32,000 nucleotides of DNA from Candidatus Brocadia sp. (lineage in GTDB: Bacteria; Planctomycetota; Brocadiia; Brocadiales; Brocadiaceae): the NCBI GenBank assembly GCA_021650915.1, contig CP091279.1, positions 2,670,001-2,702,000 on the forward strand. Direction: 5' to 3'. Each line of letters begins with the position of its first letter. The stretch's first letter is position 1. The position numbers and the translations under genes are program-made. Positions 25,839 through 32,000 of the stretch are shown piece by piece. The notes below the pieces were generated by a model that worked only from the letters and a program-made list of their open reading frames with translations, was not told the origin of the DNA and did no database searches.

Positions 25839-26949
25839 AAGCCGGGATATTATCATGGCACGAAAGATACAAGGTATGCGGTGCGTTATGGCAATAGCTT
25901 CAGTCGTTTTGTTCATTCTTCAGGGCTGCAGTACTTTGCAACGATTAATATCGCCCCGGCCGGATCCCCGGTTGGCTATGATTCGCACGGAAGTTATAAG
26001 CTTTGCCGATATGTTTTTTGATAAGATTGCTGATGTGACATACACGGTGGCAGACCTTGCCGGCACACCGCAGGCCCGCGTAGATACCGCCTTGTGGCGC
26101 ATACATTACTGCACCAATGCAATTCAGATCGCAACGGGGCCAAATCCCAAAGCCAATTTAATCGACATGATGACCCTGGTGTCCCTTGGTCGCATGGCAA
26201 TGGAAGGCGCTGCCATTGAGCGTGTGCTTGGCACCCACACCCGAATCATCCAAAATACCTTTCGCCGTTTGGAGCAGCAGGGGTGGGAGATTGCGCGCCG
26301 CTATCTTACCCCGGAACAGTTGAGCGAACTCAGGAATTACATCCATGCACGTCATGAGAAGTATCCGAAAAGCGTCCTTGTGGGGAATGTGCGCCTGGCG
26401 GAATATGCAAATATTCGCGCAAAATCTGGCACAAAAAAGAACATTGGTTCCGAGTTGATAGGCATCCTGGTCTTTGATCCCTTCAGCGGCCTTGATCCCG
26501 CAGTCCGTGAGGTAGAAGCGCTTCGTGATTTTGCCGACCGGAGCATGTTCCAGATGGAACGGTTTCCCGTTATCCTGCGGTGGCAGATGGAAATGCTTTA
26601 CAACCGCATGCTCCAGGAACCTGAGAGTCAAAGCTTCTTTGAGGATATTTCCCGCTTTAGTAAATCAACCGAACGGTTTTCTCAGGTGGTAGCCACGCTG
26701 CCTGACCGTATTGCTGAGGAAAGAAAGGGCATTTTCCATGACCTTGACGGTGAGATATCAAAAATCAACGGCCTCCTGGGTCAATTAGAGCAGACGGCAA
26801 CCCACGTGCGGAAGGAGGGAGACGCTATCGTTACCAGACTGTTTCGGAGCGGCGTTCTTTTGATCGTGGTTTTTTTTGTTGGGTTAGTTATCTCCCTGGT
26901 GGTGTACCGTCTGATATCTCAGCGGATCATATCCGCTTCAAGACAATAA
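25828..26949 (+). CDS. Hypothetical lipoprotein with a C-terminal TM anchor
   Basis: Signal peptide and lipobox (VLFILQGC) at the N-terminus, a hydrophobic C-terminal helix (VLLIVVFFVGLVISLVVY), and a predicted helical middle region. Candidate starts are ATG 25828 (which overlaps the ackA 3' end), 25855 and 25873. I do not recognise a family. Confidence 0.6.
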   Translation: MAGKSRDIIMARKIQGMRCVMAIASVVLFILQGCSTLQRLISPRPDPRLAMIRTEVISFADMFFDKIADVTYTVADLAGTPQARVDTALWRIHYCTNAIQIATGPNPKANLIDMMTLVSLGRMAMEGAAIERVLGTHTRIIQNTFRRLEQQGWEIARRYLTPEQLSELRNYIHARHEKYPKSVLVGNVRLAEYANIRAKSGTKKNIGSELIGILVFDPFSGLDPAVREVEALRDFADRSMFQMERFPVILRWQMEMLYNRMLQEPESQSFFEDISRFSKSTERFSQVVATLPDRIAEERKGIFHDLDGEISKINGLLGQLEQTATHVRKEGDAIVTRLFRSGVLLIVVFFVGLVISLVVYRLISQRIISASRQ

Positions 26950-27009
26950 TTTTCATACCAATACGATAGGAAGCATTCCCGATTTCTTGTAAACCCACAA
27001 TTTGAAGGG

Positions 27010-27052
27010 GTAGCGCAGACATCTTGCCTGCATCCAACGATGCCTGCACTAC
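27010..27052. repeat. GTAG...CTAC-bounded imperfect element GTAGCGCAG...CTGCACTAC in the convergent intergenic spacer
   Basis: The terminal 9-mers are reverse complements at 8 of 9 positions. The interior carries a direct TGCCTGCA repeat. Confidence 0.4.
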
Positions 27053-27140
27053 AGTATTCTTCAGCCGTTTTTTGCCGTCCGGGTTCACAAAAAGCCGGGA
27101 ATGCTCCCATACTATAGCCCAACGAGTCCACGCTTTGTCG

Positions 27141-28610
27141 TTACAGTGACTCCGCGATGCGGCGTTCCATATAAGAAAAGAAGGGGTTATACCGAAGACG
27201 CATCAATTGATCAACCGGGACCTGCAAAACGCCTTTTTCCCCCCGTGGTTCAACCAACCCCAGGACAAAATATCCTTTCTTTTTCAAATCCTCACGATCG
27301 CCATAGAGAGGGTCTTCAGGGGAAAACGGGACGGCTACATGCGACAGGGAATAAATCCCCTTTGGCCACTCGATATTCAGGGGTTCTGCGGTAGCGGCAT
27401 CCGAACCGGCATCGTGCGTCTCGGCAACGACCCGCAAGGTGTCCGGTGTTTGGTTTGTAATGAGCGTCCATGCGTAAGGAAGTGCGGATGCCCCCTTAAG
27501 GTTGTTTAAAAAAGCCTCGTGACGGTCTTTGATAAAGGGCTCTAACGCAGAAAACCGATTCACATCGAAAAGGATAAGTTCGTGTCCGTTTGGCTTGAGC
27601 TGATTATAAAGATGTGTCACCAGCGAAGGAGCGAGCACCGTGGAATCTACCACGGAAGAAAACGTTTGAATGGGCGGAAGCCGCTCCAGTTTTCCATCAT
27701 TCTTCAGCTGTTCGATTTTCTTTTGTGTTACCCGCGCCAACTGAAAAAGCTGATGTCCGGCGATTTTTGGAAACGAATTGTACTTGAACGGGTCATACTC
27801 CGGCATAATGGACTCCCACGCGATTTTTTGAAAGTAGGGAATAAAGCTCAGCGCCCGGTGCCAGCCAGAGAATGCCGCAAACCGGGTAATGCCAATGGCC
27901 GGTGAGAAAAGAAAGAGTTTTTGAGGCCTTATTATTGATTCGTCATTAACGCTGTTCAGCGCGTAATACACGGCGATCAATCCGCCGTTGGAATACCCTC
28001 CGAGGAAAAGGGGCGCATCGGGACCTATCACCGCACGGACATGGTGCGCTGCCACATCCGCCGCCGCCACCCAGTCCTTCCACGTGGGACCCTTCAGCGA
28101 TGACGGAATTGTTCCATGACCAGGCAACCGGGGAACCAGGGCATAATACCCCTGCCGGTAAAAAATATGCGCCAGCGCTCTCATGGAATAGGGGCCGTCC
28201 GATAATCCATGCAAAAGGAGAATGCCACCTTTGGGATGCTCGGGAGAGAGCTCAAAAGTCCTGTTCCAGTTCTTTTCCTGGCGGTCGGGATGGCAAATTG
28301 ACCCTGCGAAGTACCGGTTAAGAATATGCTGATCCTCTTTAGCAATCCGCTGGTCAACCGATACCTTTACATTCTCGAAAAGCTGGTCTTCCAGTTTGAG
28401 GTAGTCCTCAAAGGTGAAGCCCGGTTTCATGTCACTGGCCTTGAACTCAGGAGTCAGGCGCGTCGTGTGCCATATCTTTAAATCCGGCATACGCCTGGCG
28501 TCAAAACCGCGAACCAGGATGATCGTGAAGATAACCGCCACCAAACATCCTATAAGCGTTATGATCCAGGTAAAGATGCGTTTACCAAGCGTAATTACGC
28601 TCATATTCAC
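27141..28610 (-). CDS. Membrane-anchored alpha/beta hydrolase (lysophospholipase / S33-like)
   Basis: 489 aa with an N-terminal TM helix, the oxyanion-region motif LLLHGLSDGP, and the nucleophile elbow GGYSNGG. Confidence 0.7.
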   Translation of the reverse strand: MNMSVITLGKRIFTWIITLIGCLVAVIFTIILVRGFDARRMPDLKIWHTTRLTPEFKASDMKPGFTFEDYLKLEDQLFENVKVSVDQRIAKEDQHILNRYFAGSICHPDRQEKNWNRTFELSPEHPKGGILLLHGLSDGPYSMRALAHIFYRQGYYALVPRLPGHGTIPSSLKGPTWKDWVAAADVAAHHVRAVIGPDAPLFLGGYSNGGLIAVYYALNSVNDESIIRPQKLFLFSPAIGITRFAAFSGWHRALSFIPYFQKIAWESIMPEYDPFKYNSFPKIAGHQLFQLARVTQKKIEQLKNDGKLERLPPIQTFSSVVDSTVLAPSLVTHLYNQLKPNGHELILFDVNRFSALEPFIKDRHEAFLNNLKGASALPYAWTLITNQTPDTLRVVAETHDAGSDAATAEPLNIEWPKGIYSLSHVAVPFSPEDPLYGDREDLKKKGYFVLGLVEPRGEKGVLQVPVDQLMRLRYNPFFSYMERRIAESL

Positions 28611-28780
28611 CTTTCAAAAATGTCAAACTATTTTTTATGAGACACCTGTCAGCAAATGCTTCTCACCTACAACTCTTTAACCCATTTCCGCTGGATATCG
28701 TGGGGTATAATTCCCCCCCCTTAAAAAAGAGGAAACGGGGGAACCTGTAAAATTAGATAAAACATCATCGTCGCCCCGCT

Positions 28781-29026
28781 TTACTTCCTGCGAAAAAAGC
28801 GAATAATTGCAACGAGTATTACACCGCCAACTACTGCTACTGCAACATTCCCCAGGAGCTGAAAGGTAAAACGCCCGATAAAGCTGAGTAATGCACCAGC
28901 AACAAGCCCCCCCAATAATCCAACAATTAAATCTCCTTTAATTCCAAAACCTCTTCCCCGGACCACCAATCCCGTCAACCAACCTGCGATAATACCACTG
29001 ATAATCCAGATAACAAAATTCATCAT
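28781..29026 (-). CDS. GlsB/YeaQ/YmgE family (transglycosylase-associated) stress membrane protein
   Basis: 81 aa. IISGIIAGWLTGLVVRGRGFGIKGDLIVGLLGGLVAG is the characteristic glycine-rich TM pattern of this family. Confidence 0.8.
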   Translation of the reverse strand: MMNFVIWIISGIIAGWLTGLVVRGRGFGIKGDLIVGLLGGLVAGALLSFIGRFTFQLLGNVAVAVVGGVILVAIIRFFRRK

Positions 29027-29038
29027 TATTCTCCTTTT

Positions 29039-29260
29039 CTATTTTGCATACTTTTTCAGCAATTTTTCCTTTGCATTTTTGTATTCTTTTTCCGTTATGA
29101 TCTTTTTTTGATACGCGGTATCGAGATCCTGCAATTCTTGTCCCAGACTCGTATTCGTTGTGGTCTGCTTAATTTCTGCACCACCACCTCCACAGCCAAT
29201 AAGATGGGCGCAGCATACACAATAAGCTATCATACAACACATCACCAAATGTCTTTTCAT
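29039..29260 (-). CDS. Small lipoprotein with a SHOCT-like C-terminal motif
   Basis: AAGGAG lies 8 nt upstream of ATG 29260 (MKRH...). It has the lipobox LIGC and the C-terminal motif KKIITEKEYKNAKEKLLKKY. The ORF-track start at 29302 lacks an RBS. Confidence 0.6.
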   Translation of the reverse strand: MKRHLVMCCMIAYCVCCAHLIGCGGGGAEIKQTTTNTSLGQELQDLDTAYQKKIITEKEYKNAKEKLLKKYAK

Positions 29261-29505
29261 GCATAATACTCCTTTTATAAAATGTTTTGAGAACCCTCTC
29301 ACTGAAACAAAAATTGACGTTCATCGCCCAATATTAGCCAGAAAATACGGCAACCGGCTCATACCAATGGCAAATGAGAAAAGAAATAGTTATAGAGAAA
29401 TTTCCGATGCAACCTTATAGCAAAATCATCAGCATGCATTCCCTGTTTGATCGGGTGATATTGGAAAGGCATCTTTTGCCTGCGAGCGGTTACTTTTTCC
29501 CAGTT

Positions 29506-30870
29506 TCAGAACTCTATCTTCATCCGCACCCCCGCCACAAGGGTTGTATCCACATCTTCCCTCGTTGGTTCGATAATCTGGAAGTCAGGGGTAATATGTA
29601 ACCAAGGTGTTACGGCAATGTTGTAGTAGAGTTCCACGCCCTGTTCCTCCCGGGTTCGTCTTTCGATGACCCGGGGGAGTTTATCGCTGACGGTCAGATA
29701 GTAATATCCTACCCCAAAGCTGTCGTTATCACGACCTGGAATCATCCCCTTGCCCCCAAGGCCGATGCTGTAAAACTCCTGAACCGGATTTACCTCGCCA
29801 TCGGTTAACCCGAACCGGCCAAACAGACCAAGTCCCCGGTCTTTCTTGCCGGGCACCGCGTACAAGTATTGATCAAAGTCGTATAAGAACGATCCGTCAT
29901 GCCCCTTCCGTTCCAACCCTGCGGTTGATTCGGTAATGATGGCCCCAATAACATTGCGGGGGTTCTGCTCAAACTGGATGCGACTCCTGTCGCTCCAGGT
30001 CCAGCCAATACGCTGGTGTCCGGTAAGGCCAAAGGGTTTGATCGTAAATTCAGCCATCTGATAGAGCGTAGTGCCTCTTTCAAAAACCGTATCGAATCCG
30101 CTGCGGTCAGCCGTTCCTTCAGAATCTATCGCCAGAGTGGAGACCGTAAGCCAGTCGACGGGGTGGAGAATGACGCCACCACCCAGTGCAACCAGCGGAA
30201 ACGTGGTTGCCAGGGCGGCATTGAAGTTGAATGCAGTATTCATAAACTGCTCGGTTTCATTGCTGGCAAAGACGTTTGACTCTCGCAGGGACATCTTTCC
30301 GGCCATAACGCCAACCCAGGGGGCCAGGAATTGCAGGTAATAGAGATCCGTCAACGCAGTGACATCATCCTCCGGCACAGGGTAGAGTGATGCCGTATTG
30401 ACGGGAAGCAGCGCGCCGGTATTCAGGTTGTTGCTGTTTCCGTACCGGGTTTCTCCGCGGGCAACAAGCAAGCCGCCTGGCCACAAACCTGCCTTGCCTG
30501 TGTCAAGTTGAATGCCGTATCGCATGTTCCCCTGGTAAGGATAATCATAATCGGTTCCGCCCGCCCAGTTTCCCTGGAGCGTCTGGATGAGGCTTACGTC
30601 AAATCGAATGCCCTTATCCATCAACTGCTGCCGGGCGCCTCCCCAGTCTCCTGTCAGTCCAGCGCTATGCCACAGACCGCCGGTGTAATCTAACCAGGGA
30701 ACCAGCCGGGGCATTTCTCCGCCGGGTTGACTTGTCGCTTTAACAGATCCATGCACATTTTCTTTGGGAGTGTCCGCAACAGACTGGATTTCCTCTGCAC
30801 GTGCGCCGGACAATCCCATCATCGTGAGTAATAGCGCCAATGTTCCCCATGACTTCCAAAATATGTTCAT
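29506..30870 (-). CDS. Carbohydrate-selective porin, OprB family
   Basis: It has a signal peptide (ALLLTMMGLSGARAEE), the GLWHSAGLTGDWGGARQQLMDKGIRFD block typical of OprB-family porins, a beta-strand-rich sequence, and a terminal Phe. GGAGGA lies 9 nt before ATG 30870; ATG 30876 is an alternative start. Confidence 0.75.
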   Translation of the reverse strand: MNIFWKSWGTLALLLTMMGLSGARAEEIQSVADTPKENVHGSVKATSQPGGEMPRLVPWLDYTGGLWHSAGLTGDWGGARQQLMDKGIRFDVSLIQTLQGNWAGGTDYDYPYQGNMRYGIQLDTGKAGLWPGGLLVARGETRYGNSNNLNTGALLPVNTASLYPVPEDDVTALTDLYYLQFLAPWVGVMAGKMSLRESNVFASNETEQFMNTAFNFNAALATTFPLVALGGGVILHPVDWLTVSTLAIDSEGTADRSGFDTVFERGTTLYQMAEFTIKPFGLTGHQRIGWTWSDRSRIQFEQNPRNVIGAIITESTAGLERKGHDGSFLYDFDQYLYAVPGKKDRGLGLFGRFGLTDGEVNPVQEFYSIGLGGKGMIPGRDNDSFGVGYYYLTVSDKLPRVIERRTREEQGVELYYNIAVTPWLHITPDFQIIEPTREDVDTTLVAGVRMKIEF

Positions 30871-30955
30871 AACCATTTATCCTCCCATACTGCCGTTTCT
30901 TTTTATATTATATTTTTCCACCGAATTTAATGCTAAGGAATTTCAAATAAAAAAT

Positions 30956-31028
30956 TCCTCCCCCTTAATCCCCCTCGGTGAGGGGGACAGCCAGCTGTCC
31001 CCCGCTGGCGGGGGCGAAGGGGGTGGAG
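30956..31028. repeat. RD copy 2: G/C-run double hairpin (CCCCCTC-GGTG-AGGGGG and CCCCCGCTGGCGGGGG)
   Basis: Same architecture as 425-494. Its right half (30996-31026) equals IR-L of the DUF559 cassette apart from 4 nt. Confidence 0.7.
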
Positions 31029-31054
31029 TGCAGTTGTAAAAATTTAAAAATTTT

Positions 31055-31275
31055 GTAATAATTTAGCTTTTTGAAAAAATCCCGAAGGGATGTCATGATT
31101 ATAGAAAAAACGCGCCACCCTATTCAACCCCGTAGGGGTGAAATATCGGGAAAATAGCGATACTATGCCACCCCTGCGGGGTTAGCCATAATTGCATAAC
31201 CATATGCTATAATCATGACATCCCTTCGGGATTACTGAATGGATACGAGAATTTTTCAAAAAGCTAAATTGTTAC
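31055..31275. mobile_element. RG MITE-like element with ~50-bp terminal inverted repeats (GTAATAATTTAGCTTTTTGAAAAAATCCCGAAGGGATGTCATGATTATAG ... inverted copy)
   Basis: The left arm (31055-31104) and the right arm (31207-31275) are reverse complements, except for a 17-nt insertion (ACTGAATGGATACGAGA) in the right arm. The outermost 24 bp belong to the same TIR family as the RC and RB MITEs. Confidence 0.75.
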
Positions 31276-31363
31276 AATTGTTACAATTTTTGTATTCATT
31301 TAGTTTTTGGCACGAATGTCCGTAGTTTGAGGTACAATCGATAGCACAGTTCTGATGACAATC

Positions 31364-32000
31364 TTAGTTCTTCCCCCCTGGTTTATCTCCTTGACGGGCA
31401 GCTAATGCCCTCAATTGCTGCTCTAATTGCTGATAATTTTTATTATCCGGGTAGTTCTTGCACAATCCGACTGCATACCGCAACGCTTTTTCAAACTCGC
31501 CTCTGTCCCGGTGAATTGTGGCCAGAGAAACCAGCAAATCACGGTCGTAAGGATTACGAGTTAATGCCCTTTTGAGAACCGATATTGCCTGTCCTGACAT
31601 TTCAAGCGAGTTCAGGGCAATTCCATAAACGTAATGGTATTGCGCATTCTCCGGGGCAAGCAGCGCAGCCTTGCGCAAATGGTGCAGGGCGCTCTTGTGA
31701 TTCCCGGCTCGAATCATCAACAGTCCCATTGCGTGATGTGCCGGCGCTGATTCTGGCGCAATTTCTAAGGCATTTTGTAAGATGACCCTTCCTTCTTCAT
31801 CGCGATTCTGCAGGCGGCAAACATCTGCAAGGTTGATATACCCCGGGACGAAGGCCGGCTCAATCTCAATCGCTTTTTTATATGTGGCTGCTGCACGGTC
31901 AAATTCACCTCGTTCGAGGTAGAGGTTTCCCAGGTTTATAAGTGTTGCCGGGTAATCGGCATTGAGCAACTGCGTCTCCTCGTATTCTTTTATAGCAACC
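31364..32000 (-). CDS. Tetratricopeptide-repeat protein; the N-terminus lies outside the window
   Basis: Repeated TPR consensus segments (e.g. YKKAIEIEPAFVPGYINLADV and LKRALTRNPYDRDLLVSLATIH). The reading frame stays open upstream of the TTG at 31969 to the window edge. Confidence 0.8.
   Translation of the reverse strand, partial: VAIKEYEETQLLNADYPATLINLGNLYLERGEFDRAAATYKKAIEIEPAFVPGYINLADVCRLQNRDEEGRVILQNALEIAPESAPAHHAMGLLMIRAGNHKSALHHLRKAALLAPENAQYHYVYGIALNSLEMSGQAISVLKRALTRNPYDRDLLVSLATIHRDRGEFEKALRYAVGLCKNYPDNKNYQQLEQQLRALAARQGDKPGGKN

Noticed and set aside
29374-29601. A 75-aa + strand ORF in the spacer downstream of oprB.
   Set aside because: It overlaps the 3' end of the oprB coding region on the opposite strand and has no RBS and no recognisable motif.
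6763-31275. The recurrent 24-bp motif GTAACACTTTAGTTTTTTGAAAAA could be mistaken for a CRISPR repeat.
   Set aside because: The copies occur in both orientations as inverted pairs, at irregular distances, and are scattered over 25 kb. This behaviour fits MITE termini, not an array.

Overview
Bacterial chromosomal window of Gram-negative type (lipoboxes, a NodT-type outer-membrane factor, an OprB porin). I call 18 intact or edge-truncated protein genes and 2 decayed genes. I see no rRNA, tRNA, CRISPR array, transposase or integrase gene. Coding content falls into three groups. (1) A + strand carbohydrate set: the 3' end of phosphoketolase, a beta-CASP MBL nuclease, a 1096-aa RpiB-transaldolase-Pgi fusion and a LOG-family protein, then further downstream glgP-glgX and pta-ackA with a start/stop-overlapping lipoprotein gene. 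(2) A four-gene efflux operon: HlyD adaptor, NodT-type outer-membrane factor, RbbA-like double-ATPase/permease, ABC-2 permease. (3) A minus-strand envelope set: membrane-anchored alpha/beta hydrolase, GlsB/YeaQ protein, SHOCT lipoprotein, OprB porin, TPR protein. The most unusual property is the non-coding space. About 6.6 kb (roughly one fifth of the window by my gene calls) is intergenic, and nearly all of it is tiled by at least eight families of hairpin repeats and MITE-like elements, here named RA to RH. Notable cases: a 215-bp element whose mobility is supported by an empty-site versus filled-site pair inside the window; MITEs that share 24-bp terminal inverted repeats but carry different hairpin cargos; many unrelated hairpins bounded by GTAG...CTAC; a decayed DUF559 endonuclease gene tightly bracketed by 30-bp inverted repeats; and a 2.76-kb gene-free repeat and pseudogene island (14477-17235). 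No autonomous mobilising enzyme is encoded here. All calls rest on reading the sequence and the ORF translations; no database search was possible.
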